A stretch of 40,468 nucleotides of DNA. It comes from an uncultured Candidatus Saccharibacteria bacterium (GTDB lineage: Bacteria; Patescibacteriota; Minisyncoccia; Phycocordibacterales; JACOZG01). The notes under the pieces were generated by a model. The model ran no database searches, had not been told where the DNA came from, and saw nothing but the letters and a program-made list of their open reading frames with translations. Positions 25,948 through 36,765 of this stretch are shown here, piece by piece. Numbering within the stretch: position 1 is the first letter of the stretch; each line of letters begins with the position of its first letter. Position numbers and translations under genes: made by a program. The DNA lies in NCBI GenBank assembly GCA_964360815.1, contig CAYHYA010000006.1, positions 1 to 40,468 on the forward strand. Reading direction: 5' to 3'.

Positions 25948-27786
25948 TTAAACTTCAATCAGGACCGGCAAGACGATCGGGTGGCGATGCGTTTTCTGAA
26001 ACAAATATTTCCCGATATCGTCACGGAGAATGTTTTTAACGTAATCGAAATTGATCGGATGCATCCGCGCGGTGGCTTCTTCAATTTTCCGTTTGGCCAA
26101 ACCGCGAACGAAGTGCAAGAGATCCTGTGACTCTTTCAAGTAGACGAAACCGCGTGAAATAATATCCGGCGACTTGAGAACTTTGCCGGTCTTCACGTTG
26201 ACGAGAGCGATAATTACAAACATGCCTTCTTGAGCGAGCATCACGCGGTCGCGAATCACCACTTCTTTAACGTCGCTGTTACTGCTACTGTCTACCATTA
26301 CCACCTTGCTCGAGGCCGTTTCCTTGAGCGGAGCGATCTTCCGACCACTGTCGGTAATTTCAATAATCATGCCGTTATCAGGGACAACCACATTTTTTTC
26401 CGGCAGGCCAAGACCGAGGGCCAACTCCTCGTGTTGGCGCAATTTATGATGCCAACCGTGAATCGGAATGAAAAAGCGCGGTTTAATTTTCCGGTGCAAC
26501 CACTCGATCTCGCCGCGATTGCCGTGACCGGACGAGTGGATATAAACTTCCGAAGTACGATAGCTAATAATTTTCGCCTTTTGGCGGGCGATGTTATCTT
26601 TCAATCGTTGGACGGTGATTTCGTTCCCCGGAATAATTGAAGACGAGAGCAAGACGGTGTCGCCGCGTTTGAAGCGCAGGTATTTATGAGTCTTGGTGGC
26701 CATACGCATCAGTGCGGCAAACTCCTCGCCTTGCGCGCCAGTGGCGAGAATCATCACCTTGTCGGCTGGATAGTTGTCGGCTTCGGTAGCGGAAATAATC
26801 GTGCCTTTCTTAACGGTGAGTAGACCGGCCAGTTGCGCCACCTCGACGTTGGTCTTCATACTCCGACCTTCGATAATAATTTTCCGACCGTACTTTTCGG
26901 CGAAGCCGATAATTTTGATCATCCGTTCGAGTTGCGAGGCAAAAGTGCCGATGAATAGTCGTCCCTTGATATTCTTGATGATGTCCTCAATGTTTTTGTG
27001 CGTTTCGCGTTCGGGCACGGAGAAACCCGGATTCTCGATGTTGGTTGAATCAGCCAGCAGAAGCAGGGTCGGTTCCTGGTCAAAAATGGCGTAACGTTTT
27101 TCTTCATCCTCGGTTGGTACGCCATCCACTTTATCTAAGTCAAGTTTGAAGTCGCCCGGGTTAACGATCAAGCCATAGGGCGTCTCAATGATCACGCCGA
27201 ACGAGTCGGGAATGGTGTGGGTGACGCCGAAGAAGCGCACCGTTTGCTCACCCAGTTTTAATCTAGAGTCGTTCTCGACCACGATCATGTTGAGAGGCGG
27301 CAGGTGGGGGAATTCGTCCATGCGTTTTTTTATAAACAGCGAGGTGAGATTGCGGGTGTAGAGCGGCGGATTGCCGATGCGCGACATCACGAAGGGAATG
27401 CCGCCGGTGTGATCAAGGTGGCCGTGGGTGATGATGACGCCGCGGATGCGGTTTTTGTTTTCCTCAAGATAGGTGACATCGGGAATGATGTAATCCACGC
27501 CGGGCGTTTGGTCGGTGGGGAAAGCGAGACCGATATCAATCACAATAATGTCTTGACCGATTTCGATCGCCGTGCAATTTTTACCAATTTCTTCCACGCC
27601 GCCGAGTGGAATGATCCGGATGTTGCCGGGCGCGAGTGGCGGGGCTTTTTTAGCCACGGCCACCACGCCGGTCGGGGATCCGGCTAGCGTGCTAGTTGGC
27701 TTACGGCGCATTGGTCGTCTAGGAGTAAATTTATCCACTGAAGCGTTTTTCCTAATATACTGTTTTGCGTATCGCTTGTCTAGCAC
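25948..27786 (-). CDS. rnj: Ribonuclease J
   Basis: PLGGVEEIGKN, THGHLDHTGG, GAQGE, HSSGHG, PIHG. Confidence 0.96.
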   Translation of the reverse strand: MLDKRYAKQYIRKNASVDKFTPRRPMRRKPTSTLAGSPTGVVAVAKKAPPLAPGNIRIIPLGGVEEIGKNCTAIEIGQDIIVIDIGLAFPTDQTPGVDYIIPDVTYLEENKNRIRGVIITHGHLDHTGGIPFVMSRIGNPPLYTRNLTSLFIKKRMDEFPHLPPLNMIVVENDSRLKLGEQTVRFFGVTHTIPDSFGVIIETPYGLIVNPGDFKLDLDKVDGVPTEDEEKRYAIFDQEPTLLLLADSTNIENPGFSVPERETHKNIEDIIKNIKGRLFIGTFASQLERMIKIIGFAEKYGRKIIIEGRSMKTNVEVAQLAGLLTVKKGTIISATEADNYPADKVMILATGAQGEEFAALMRMATKTHKYLRFKRGDTVLLSSSIIPGNEITVQRLKDNIARQKAKIISYRTSEVYIHSSGHGNRGEIEWLHRKIKPRFFIPIHGWHHKLRQHEELALGLGLPEKNVVVPDNGMIIEITDSGRKIAPLKETASSKVVMVDSSSNSDVKEVVIRDRVMLAQEGMFVIIALVNVKTGKVLKSPDIISRGFVYLKESQDLLHFVRGLAKRKIEEATARMHPINFDYVKNILRDDIGKYLFQKTHRHPIVLPVLIEV

Positions 27787-27876
27787 GCTCTATTGACACC
27801 GAAACCTAAAACTGTTTATAATATGGGTTGAGTTGGTGTTTGAAAACTACCTGTAACTTTTACAGAAAGGAAAATT

Positions 27877-28131
27877 ATGTCTCTGGACCAACTGCCGGAA
27901 GATCGAAGAACAAGCGCAGTGCTCATGATCAATATGATTATGATGCAGTTAGTTGAACCCAACGGTCCCGTGGTGCAAGAAGAACTCAAGAAGTTTGTTA
28001 TGGGAAAACCCTGTTGGACCGGGAATCAAGGGTCACTAACAGGGGAGCACATACTAGTGTGCGAAGATGACGGTGATGCTGGCCAGAGTTCTGTTGAGGT
28101 TCGAATAGTCCCGCAGTATACACCCGATTGA
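27877..28131 (+). CDS. Small hypothetical protein (accessory singleton)
   Basis: TTGACA-18-TATAAT (27793), GTGTTTGAAAAC, SD AGAAAGGA, GC hairpin plus T-run at 28153-28191. Confidence 0.65.
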   Translation: MSLDQLPEDRRTSAVLMINMIMMQLVEPNGPVVQEELKKFVMGKPCWTGNQGSLTGEHILVCEDDGDAGQSSVEVRIVPQYTPD

Positions 28132-28260
28132 ATTGTTTACACCGCACTCCATGATCCCCGACCGGCTCACGCCGGCCGGGGGTTCTTTTTTGTGTGGATA
28201 AGCTGATGCTTGTTGTGGCGGGGCATTCAAACTATAATTATTGTCAACGACGGCGATCTA

Positions 28261-31200
28261 ATGATTCAACCCGCTTTTAAATTCTCGGCCTCAACAGTGT
28301 TTATCGCTGTTTTGATTTTCGGTTCCTCGTTAGCGATCGGTTTTTTTGGCTTCAAAGATTTTGTCGCGCAACGACTCGACCTCATCGCTACGCCGGCAGT
28401 GATCACCACCACCAGTTTTTTTGACGACTACGACAACTTAACTTACGTTGATCAGCCGAGTTTAGATAATCTAACTTGGGACGGCACCGGCGCGATCGTG
28501 GCCGCCGCCGCGCCGGTTGGCGCGGCCGATCCGGTAGTTCTCTGGCGTTTTGATGGCAATGGTAACGATGATTCCGGCAACAATTACCACGGGAGTTTAA
28601 CTGGTGGCACCGATTGTTCGGTCGCTGGTCAGTTTAATCAGGCCTGTCTTTTTGCCGCCGCGGGCGATGCAATCGCCTTGCCATCCTTGAGCGGCGTGAA
28701 CGTCGGTTCGCTGACGGTGACAGGTTGGGTCAATCGAGTGGGCACAGCTCCGGCCGGGAATCGTTACAGCATTATTCATGGGGCAATTTCCGGCGGCAAC
28801 GACGAAGTCATTCGAATACAAATCAACGATCGCAATCAACTGCGAGTGGAAAATGATTTTGGCGCGTTGATAATTTGTAATAGCGCGATTCCGGAAAACA
28901 CTTGGACCCATGTCGGCTATACCCTTGACGGCTTGACCGCGCGGGCCTATCTAAACGGCAGTGAGTGCGGTACGGCGACCGGCACAGCAATACCCGTCGG
29001 TAGTCCGGCGGCCCAGAACTTTATCGGGGCCCGCAGTAATCCGAGCGAGCATAATTTCAGTGGACGAGTTGACGAAATCGCGATTTGGAATCGCGCTCTT
29101 AGTGCTAGTGAAATTAACCAAATTCGTCAGTCCGGGGTGACGCTCGGCGGCGGCGGAACTGGTCCGTCCGGTGGCTCGTTTCGCTCGGCGGCGATAAACA
29201 GCGGGGCTTTTGATCAGTTAACGGCTGATTGGACGGCCACGCCGAGCGCCATTGTTACTATGTCTTTCAGCACTGACAATGGTACAAACTGGTGTCCTGT
29301 TAATCTGGGGCAAACCCTAACCAGTTCGCCCTGTTTCGGTGGCGACACGCTTAAATACCGAGCGACGTTCACCGGGGCCGGAAGTTTGAGTAGTGTTAAT
29401 TTCAGTTGGGTGCTGCCGGCAAGTGTCACCAATCAACCCCCGACCGTTGAAGCCGGTCCGAACCAAACAGTTACTCTGCCCAACTCGATAACACTAAATG
29501 GCCTGGTCAGCGATGATGGTTTGCCGGCGGGTGGCACGATCGTAAACACCTGGAGCCAGTCTTCCGGTCCAGGAGTCGTAACCTTTGTCAACGCCAACGC
29601 CGTTAGCACAACCGCGACCTTCTCGGCTTCCGGCACTTATGTTTTACGGTTAACCGCTAACGATGGCTTACTAACAAATAGTGACGAGGTCACCGTGAGC
29701 GTTAATTCGCCTGCCGTTGGCGCAGTGGTTCCTAGTTTGGTTCCAACCAGAACAACTTGTGTAGCCCCCTGTGCGATCTGGTTTGATGCTTCTGGCACCA
29801 CTCAAGCCGGTGCTAATGCCAACGATGTTCGGTTGGCCCTGGACTACAATTATAATTATGGCGATTCGGGCGCCGGCAATTGGACCAGAGGCGCTCTGGC
29901 GCGAAATGGCAATGCTTCGCCCAAAAACACCGACCGCGATACCGGTGTGGTTGGTTTCCATGTTTACGAACAACCCGGAACTTACACCGCCACTTTAAAC
30001 GTTGGCGGGGCCACGCGCTCGGTGCAAATCAATGTTACGAGTGCCAATACTCAGTGGTCGGGGACAAACACCGTTTGTGTTTACACTAATGCGCCGGCGC
30101 CGGTGGCCGGGCAGGGCGGTTGCCCGACCGGTGCCGCCGTTTTACAAGCCACGGGCGCGAACCCGCTTTCGAGCGCCATTCTCACTCTCTGTAACGGTCA
30201 GAAACGTTGCTTGTTCCGCCGCGGGGAAACTTATAATTCGGGGTCGTTGATTACGCTTCCTTCCGGCCCAAAATATTTCGGGGCTTATGGTTCCGGTCCG
30301 AAACCGGTTTGGCAAGATACGGCCGTGGCGCCAAACAACACATTCATTCGTTTCTCCGACAACGGTTCCGATTTCCAATTTGTTGACCTTGACGTTCGGG
30401 GTAAGGCCGACGTAATTAACTCACCTTCCGGTGCCGCTTTTAACGCGAGCAATAGTGATGTGATCAATCGCGCTTTATGGTTGCGAACCAACATTTCTCG
30501 TTTCGATGTCGCTCTATATGCGCACTGCAATAATTATCCGGCTTGTAATCTCGACGCGGACGATGTTCATCATCAGATCGCTTTTGTTGATAGCACGGCG
30601 CAATATGGTCCGGGCGCCCAGCCAAATTCTTCCGGCTTGGGCAACATTTACATCACGGCCAAGTATTTTTCCATGGCTGGCTCGATTAGCGGTGACGATT
30701 TGGCTGGCTCGGTGGTCACGAACGGGATGTCGGGCAGTAGCTTTAATGGTCGGTTTAAATATATCGACAAGGGTTACATTGCCCACAATGAGTGGGGGCT
30801 CCTGAATCCGGGTGCCGACCCGCTCGGGGTGGCCGGCGAGGTGATTGGTTGTGGTCACGAATATGAAGCGGGCACCAACTCGATCGGTACGCGCGGCGGC
30901 GGGATCCTCTCGATGCGCAACGGTCTTAACATCGGTGCTACTGGTGATTATCCGAGTCAGGACGAAATGTTTGTGGACAACTACGTTTCGGCTTGCAAAT
31001 ACACCCAGACCAATATGACCGGTTTCCAGCAAACTGACTGCACCGCCGGATCAACTAAAGAGTGGCACCGCTATTCTCGGATGACCGGGAATCTTTTTAG
31101 TTCAGCGACCTCGGCTCGGCCTGGCTCAACGATACGGATGGTGCTTCATGGCAAGGCGCAGGGCCTGTTAATGTCAAACAATGTTTTTGATGGGACTCGT

Positions 31201-34200
31201 TATACCCAACATCCCAATCCCAATGATGGTAGTGCGAGTAGCGCCACCGCCATTACCGTTGAGGATTGCAGTAGTACCCAATCTGGACCGGAGTATCATG
31301 CCCCGACCGACTGGCGAATTTATAACAATAGTTTTGTCGTTGGGGCTCCAACGGTTGAGAGTCACGGTTTTCTTGGTAGTCAGGGGTCGGCCTCTTTGAC
31401 GTCAAATCTAAAGTTCGACAACAATCTTTACTACGACGCTGACGGCTCTGGCTCAATGCCAAGTTCTTTTGCTGGCATGACCTTCTGCGGCAGTTCGAAC
31501 GGTCCGGGCAGTTGTAATTTGAAAACCTCAACCAATCCGTGGATTGGCAGTTGGCCCTTCACCAACATCGGCGAGTTTGCTCTCGTTGGTGGTGGTTCGC
31601 CCGGAGCAAATATCGGGTTAGCCAAAGCCGAGGTGCCGAGAGATATTTTTGGCAACACGAGAGCCGCGCCTCATTTCGCTGGTGCCGCCGGTTTGGGCGG
31701 AGTGATCGTCCCGACCACCCCCACCCTCACCGTCACCCCCGCCACGCTCAACTTCACCGCCACCGTCGGTGGCCCCAACCCCGCCCCAGCCACTCTCGCC
31801 ATCACCAACACTGGCAACGGCACGCTGAACTGGTCCAGCACCGATAACGCCAACTGGTTAACCGTTAGCCCAACGAGCGGCACCGGTGGAGCAACAGTCA
31901 CCGTCACCCCGAACTTCACCGGACTAGCCGCTGGCGCCTATTCAGCCAATCTCGTTATCACCGCCACTGGCGCGAACGGCAGTCCGGCGACAGTGACGGT
32001 GACGGCGACAATCGTCGAGGCCCCGGTCGCCAACTCTGAAGGTTTGGGCTTTAACCTCGGACACATCAGAAGTACGGAAACGCAAATTATTTTTGTTGAT
32101 CTATTTAAGCAGAGTGGTTTCCGCGATTCCCATCCCTGGACCGTCGTTCCAAGCACGGCCAACGTTTCTTTCAACTCGATGGGTTATCCCGTTTTGATCA
32201 CAGCGCCGACTAGTGTTTATACCGATATGGTTAATGCCGACGGTAACTATCCGGCCGGAGTCTATACTCTCAAGTTTGACGGCGATGGTCGCGTTGTTTT
32301 AAGCGGCGACGGTACCGGCGATTTCAATCAAACTTCGGGCACTGGCACCTATACATTTAATGTGAACAACCCGAGCCCGAATGGCTTGCGTTTGAGCATT
32401 ACTCGTTCGAGCGCAACCAATCCGGTCCGGAACATTCACGTTATCATGCCCGGTTTCGCTTCGGTTTATGAAAGTCAACCGTTCTACCCGCCGTTGGTTA
32501 ATCGTTTAGCCGGCGTCAAGGTTTTGCGTTTTATGGATTGGTTGAGAACTAACAGCCAACTGAACGGCAGCTGGTTTGCTCGCACCACGCCATTTCATGC
32601 TTCACAAACCAATAGTCGCGGCGGAGCGTATGAATATGTTTTCGCGTTGTCTAATTTGGTCGGCGCTGATCCGTGGATCAATATTCCTCATTTGGCCGAC
32701 GATACCTACATCAGAGAGCTAGCGCGATTGGCTTTAGTCAATCTCGCACCCGGCCGGCGAATTTACGTGGAGTATTCAAACGAGCTTTGGAACGGCGCTT
32801 TTGATCAGGGTCAATACACGATCAATCAGGGTTTGGCCCTCGGTCTTGACACCAACGGTCAGATCGCCGGGCGGAAGTTTGTAGCCAAACGCTCGGCCGA
32901 AATATTCCGGATTTTCGAAGAAGAGTTTGGATCCCAAAGTAATCGGGTGATCAAGGTGATTGGCGGTCAGGCCGGCAGTGCTAATGTGGCCAGCAGTGTT
33001 TTGAACGCCTTTTCGCAAGCAAGCATCAATGGTGTTCCGATCAACCCGACTGGCGTGACGGCAACGGTGTTGGCGATCGCGCCATATTTTGGCGGCGGAA
33101 GCACCACCCTGGCCGACGCGATTGGTAACGCTGGTGAAATTGACACCATCACGGTTAGCCAGATTTTAGATCGTCTGGAAGCGGTCTATTTACCCTTAAC
33201 GATTAATCAAATAATGCCGACCAATAAACCGATCGCTGATCAGTACGGTTTAACGCTAGTGGCTTATGAGGGCGGATCGGTTCTACGCGCCAATAACATT
33301 CTTTATCAAAACAACCAAACTCTCACGCAGAAACTGATTGCCGCCAACCGTGATCCGCGGATGTACGGGATTTATGAGAGCTATCTTGATGCTTGGCGTG
33401 ATTTAACTAGTGGGATTTTTATCCACTATCTTTATGTTGATGAGCCAAACCAGTTCGGTTCTTGGGGCGCGCTTGAGCATTTAAATCAACCAAGTAGCGA
33501 GGCCCACAAATATCGAGCCCTTTATAACTACGCTGGCCTGCCCGTACCACCGGCTTCGTCAACGCCAGTGAGTGGCCCGATTCTGTCTGTCACCCCCACC
33601 ACGCTCAACTTCACCGCCACTGTCGGTGGCCCCAACCCCGCTCCAGCCACTCTCGCCATCACCAACACTGGCAACGGCACGCTGAACTGGTCCAGCACCG
33701 ATAACGCCAACTGGTTAACCGTTAGCCCAACGAGCGGCACCGGTGGAGCAACAGTCACCGTCACCCCGAACTTCACCGGACTAGCCGCTGGCGCCTATTC
33801 AGCCAATCTCGTTATCACCGCCACTGGCGCGAACGGCAGTCCGGCGACAGTGACGGTGACGGGCATAATTAATGTTGAGGGCGGGGTGGCCGGCGATATT
33901 ACCCCGCCGATTATTTCCGGTGTTCAAGTTTCAAACATTGGTCCGACCTCGGCCGTCATTACCTGGTCAACCAACGAGCCAGCGACTGGCCAGGTGGCTT
34001 ATGGTTTATCGACGAACTACGGCTTGGAAACAGTTGAAAACACCAATCCCGCGTTGACCCACAGTGAATCGTTGACGAGCTTGAGTCCGAATACCACCTA
34101 TCACTTTCAAACTAACTCCCATGATGTGGTCGGTAACTCGGCTCAATCAATTGACTTCACTTTTCTAACTTCGTCGAACAATAATCCCGACAGTCTTCCC

Positions 34201-35037
34201 CCCGACCCAATCAACGATCTTAACCTTATTTCGGTTGATCGGGATTTCGCCAGATTAGCTTGGCTGGCTCCCGCCGATCGGCCGGTAGGAGGAATGGTTT
34301 CGCGTTATGATCTACGAGTCAGTCAAGCACCGATCACCGAGAGCACTTGGGAGGCCGCCAGTATGGTTGATGGTGAACCGATCCCGAGCGCGCCGGGAAC
34401 ACCGGAAGCTTACACGGTGGCCGGTTTATTATCCGGCCGAACTTACTACGTCGCGATTAGAAGTATTGATGCGAGTGGCGAAAATTTATCTAGTCCATCA
34501 AATATCGTGGCCTTCACCACGACCAACGGCTCTTCGAGTGGCGATGGTTCTGGTGGTGGGGGCGGCGGATCAAGTGGGTCAAACACGCCACGCGGCGTGG
34601 CAACGCAAACTGGACCGACCGGACTATTCGTTCAAGGGGCGAACCAACAGGCGATCTTGCGTTGGCAGAATCCGGTTGATCCAGGATTCCTCCGCGTACT
34701 TGTTTTGAGGAGTTCGGTCGTTTTACCCACAATTACCTCGCCCGGCAACCCGAGGTTTCTACCCGGGGCGACGGCGGTTTACGAAGGAACCGCCTCCAGT
34801 TTTATTGATACCGGCTTGACTAACGGCCAGAATTATTATTACACGCTTTATGGCTATGATCACTCCGGTAATTACGCCTCGCCGATAGTCGCCACGGTTC
34901 GGCCGGGCAGTTTCGGCCAGGAGACCATTCAGCCGGTTCCAAATGTTAGTTTGGCCCAACAGATTTTGGAATTGAAAAAACTTTTATTAAATCTTCTCTA
35001 CCGTCTTTTGGAATTGTTACGCGCCGGTGCGGTTTAA
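28261..35037 (+). CDS. Giant multidomain surface protein: LamG-like, PKD/Ig-like, putative beta-helix, two BACON/Ig-like repeats, glycoside-hydrolase-like barrel, FN3 domains
   Basis: N-terminal TM; WTHVGYT..FSGRVDEIAIWNRALS (LamG); NQPPTVEAGPNQTV; YVEYSNELWN and AYEGG; TYHFQ/TYYVAIRS FN3 motifs. Confidence 0.85.
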   Translation: MIQPAFKFSASTVFIAVLIFGSSLAIGFFGFKDFVAQRLDLIATPAVITTTSFFDDYDNLTYVDQPSLDNLTWDGTGAIVAAAAPVGAADPVVLWRFDGNGNDDSGNNYHGSLTGGTDCSVAGQFNQACLFAAAGDAIALPSLSGVNVGSLTVTGWVNRVGTAPAGNRYSIIHGAISGGNDEVIRIQINDRNQLRVENDFGALIICNSAIPENTWTHVGYTLDGLTARAYLNGSECGTATGTAIPVGSPAAQNFIGARSNPSEHNFSGRVDEIAIWNRALSASEINQIRQSGVTLGGGGTGPSGGSFRSAAINSGAFDQLTADWTATPSAIVTMSFSTDNGTNWCPVNLGQTLTSSPCFGGDTLKYRATFTGAGSLSSVNFSWVLPASVTNQPPTVEAGPNQTVTLPNSITLNGLVSDDGLPAGGTIVNTWSQSSGPGVVTFVNANAVSTTATFSASGTYVLRLTANDGLLTNSDEVTVSVNSPAVGAVVPSLVPTRTTCVAPCAIWFDASGTTQAGANANDVRLALDYNYNYGDSGAGNWTRGALARNGNASPKNTDRDTGVVGFHVYEQPGTYTATLNVGGATRSVQINVTSANTQWSGTNTVCVYTNAPAPVAGQGGCPTGAAVLQATGANPLSSAILTLCNGQKRCLFRRGETYNSGSLITLPSGPKYFGAYGSGPKPVWQDTAVAPNNTFIRFSDNGSDFQFVDLDVRGKADVINSPSGAAFNASNSDVINRALWLRTNISRFDVALYAHCNNYPACNLDADDVHHQIAFVDSTAQYGPGAQPNSSGLGNIYITAKYFSMAGSISGDDLAGSVVTNGMSGSSFNGRFKYIDKGYIAHNEWGLLNPGADPLGVAGEVIGCGHEYEAGTNSIGTRGGGILSMRNGLNIGATGDYPSQDEMFVDNYVSACKYTQTNMTGFQQTDCTAGSTKEWHRYSRMTGNLFSSATSARPGSTIRMVLHGKAQGLLMSNNVFDGTRYTQHPNPNDGSASSATAITVEDCSSTQSGPEYHAPTDWRIYNNSFVVGAPTVESHGFLGSQGSASLTSNLKFDNNLYYDADGSGSMPSSFAGMTFCGSSNGPGSCNLKTSTNPWIGSWPFTNIGEFALVGGGSPGANIGLAKAEVPRDIFGNTRAAPHFAGAAGLGGVIVPTTPTLTVTPATLNFTATVGGPNPAPATLAITNTGNGTLNWSSTDNANWLTVSPTSGTGGATVTVTPNFTGLAAGAYSANLVITATGANGSPATVTVTATIVEAPVANSEGLGFNLGHIRSTETQIIFVDLFKQSGFRDSHPWTVVPSTANVSFNSMGYPVLITAPTSVYTDMVNADGNYPAGVYTLKFDGDGRVVLSGDGTGDFNQTSGTGTYTFNVNNPSPNGLRLSITRSSATNPVRNIHVIMPGFASVYESQPFYPPLVNRLAGVKVLRFMDWLRTNSQLNGSWFARTTPFHASQTNSRGGAYEYVFALSNLVGADPWINIPHLADDTYIRELARLALVNLAPGRRIYVEYSNELWNGAFDQGQYTINQGLALGLDTNGQIAGRKFVAKRSAEIFRIFEEEFGSQSNRVIKVIGGQAGSANVASSVLNAFSQASINGVPINPTGVTATVLAIAPYFGGGSTTLADAIGNAGEIDTITVSQILDRLEAVYLPLTINQIMPTNKPIADQYGLTLVAYEGGSVLRANNILYQNNQTLTQKLIAANRDPRMYGIYESYLDAWRDLTSGIFIHYLYVDEPNQFGSWGALEHLNQPSSEAHKYRALYNYAGLPVPPASSTPVSGPILSVTPTTLNFTATVGGPNPAPATLAITNTGNGTLNWSSTDNANWLTVSPTSGTGGATVTVTPNFTGLAAGAYSANLVITATGANGSPATVTVTGIINVEGGVAGDITPPIISGVQVSNIGPTSAVITWSTNEPATGQVAYGLSTNYGLETVENTNPALTHSESLTSLSPNTTYHFQTNSHDVVGNSAQSIDFTFLTSSNNNPDSLPPDPINDLNLISVDRDFARLAWLAPADRPVGGMVSRYDLRVSQAPITESTWEAASMVDGEPIPSAPGTPEAYTVAGLLSGRTYYVAIRSIDASGENLSSPSNIVAFTTTNGSSSGDGSGGGGGGSSGSNTPRGVATQTGPTGLFVQGANQQAILRWQNPVDPGFLRVLVLRSSVVLPTITSPGNPRFLPGATAVYEGTASSFIDTGLTNGQNYYYTLYGYDHSGNYASPIVATVRPGSFGQETIQPVPNVSLAQQILELKKLLLNLLYRLLELLRAGAV
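31732..32005 (+). repeat. 274-bp intragenic direct repeat, copy 1
   Basis: 3 mismatches versus 33589-33862. Confidence 0.93.
33589..33862 (+). repeat. 274-bp intragenic direct repeat, copy 2
   Basis: Offset 1857 bp (619 codons) from copy 1. Confidence 0.93.
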
Positions 35038-35038
35038 T

Positions 35039-36763
35039 TTATTTAAACACGGGCCAAATTTTTTCTGTGGCCAGATACCAATCATGAATACCGAGGAAAC
35101 GTTCGGCCGGGGCATTGATCGGTCCGAGCGCCACGCCTTTCAAGTTTGATGGGAGTAAGTAAATAAAGTCGGGTGAGTAGAGGAAGATCGCCGGAACGTC
35201 TTTGGCGATCTCTTCGGCCACGAGTTGATATTGCTTGTCTGATGATTGGTCGGTGGGGTTAGCGTTTCGTAATTCGCTTAATATTTTGTCGACAGTAATG
35301 TTGGCGTACAAGGCAACATTCAAACCCGGATCCAGTCGTTGGCTCGAGTGCCAGAACGAGTAAAGGTCGGGTTGACGACCAACAATTTCACCGAAGAGCA
35401 GGGCCTCGTAATCACGGGGCCGGATAACATTTTGGTTTAAAGCCCCGGCTTCAAAAATTTTCACTTCCACTGCGGCACCAAACTTTTCCCATAGCTCCTT
35501 TAGATACATCGCCGTGGCTTTGAGTTCGGGCGTGTCGGCGGTGCTCAAACTGAAGGCCAAGGTGGTTACTTCTTTACCGGCCAGATGCTCCCACTGCTTG
35601 GTCGTTTCGTTCTTTTTCCAACCTTGTTTGGTTAAGATGGCGGCGGCTTGTTCGGTGGTTTTTACCGCGGCCAGAGTGGTGGTGGCTTGGTCGTTCGTCG
35701 GCAATGGCCCGTTTAGCGGTTGACCGTGACCGGCGAGGATTTGATCAATGATTTCCTGACGATCAACCAAAAGGTTAAGCGCGGTTCTCACTTCAGCGCG
35801 CGTAAAAATCTTGGCCTGATTTTGGTTGAAAAAAACAGCAAATACGCGTGGCAGGGTGACCGCTACTAATTGGCCGCGGCGTTCGGCAACCGCGTTGATA
35901 ACCTCGGTGATTAATTTGGGCGGTAAGGCGCTTAGAGCATCTACTCGATCGTTTTGGTAGGCCACGAGTAAATCTTCTTCGTTGGCGTAGAAATTAATCA
36001 ATAATTTTTTGATCTGCGGCTGACCCAAGCTGAAATCTTTGAACGGCGACAGTTCGTAGATGATTGGCAAGCCGTCCGCATCGCGTTTTACCGACTCAAT
36101 TTGGTAGGGCCCGGTGCCGACCCCTTCAAGATTTAGATTACTGAAGGGGAAAGCTTCGGGAGCGAGAGTTTGCCAGAGATGAGCCGGCAGTAGACCGATA
36201 GTGACGTTTTCGAGAAACAACGGGTACGGTTGCTTGAGAATGAAAACCACTTCGCGGTCACTTATTTTTTCCACCTCGACCCCTTCCCAACTAGCCCGCC
36301 GCGGGCTCTTGATGGTTGGATTCTTGGCTTGAGTGATTGTGAAGACGACATCATCGGTGGTGACCGCTCGTCCGTCGTGCCAAGTTAAATCTGGTTTTAA
36401 GATAAAGGTGTAGCGCTCGACATCGTCGGAAACCCGATAACTTTCGGCCAGATCAGGAACCAACTGGCCGTCGCTGTTTAATCGGAGCAGGCCGGAGTAA
36501 ACGAGCGCGGTTAGATCACGGTCGGGGTTGGAAATGGCGAGCAGGGGATTAACGAACCGAGGCGCACCAATAATTCCCTCGCGCAGGGTGCCGCCAACGG
36601 CCGGTTGTTCAACGAGTGAACGCTCGTTGGCCTGCCACAAGAGACCAACGATACCGGCCAAAAACAAACACAACCAAAAAACCAGCCAGGACTTCTGGGT
36701 CCGGCTAGATCCTTTAACGGCATTAGCGATCGCGCCGGGAAAAGATTGGCGAGGGTTAAGCAC
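35039..36763 (-). CDS. ABC transporter substrate-binding protein, family 5 (OppA/DppA-like)
   Basis: LVYSGLL..LVPDLAESY, WHDG..VTTDDVVFT, GTGPY; no permease or ATPase adjacent. Confidence 0.9.
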   Translation of the reverse strand: MLNPRQSFPGAIANAVKGSSRTQKSWLVFWLCLFLAGIVGLLWQANERSLVEQPAVGGTLREGIIGAPRFVNPLLAISNPDRDLTALVYSGLLRLNSDGQLVPDLAESYRVSDDVERYTFILKPDLTWHDGRAVTTDDVVFTITQAKNPTIKSPRRASWEGVEVEKISDREVVFILKQPYPLFLENVTIGLLPAHLWQTLAPEAFPFSNLNLEGVGTGPYQIESVKRDADGLPIIYELSPFKDFSLGQPQIKKLLINFYANEEDLLVAYQNDRVDALSALPPKLITEVINAVAERRGQLVAVTLPRVFAVFFNQNQAKIFTRAEVRTALNLLVDRQEIIDQILAGHGQPLNGPLPTNDQATTTLAAVKTTEQAAAILTKQGWKKNETTKQWEHLAGKEVTTLAFSLSTADTPELKATAMYLKELWEKFGAAVEVKIFEAGALNQNVIRPRDYEALLFGEIVGRQPDLYSFWHSSQRLDPGLNVALYANITVDKILSELRNANPTDQSSDKQYQLVAEEIAKDVPAIFLYSPDFIYLLPSNLKGVALGPINAPAERFLGIHDWYLATEKIWPVFK

Positions 36764-36765
36764 CG

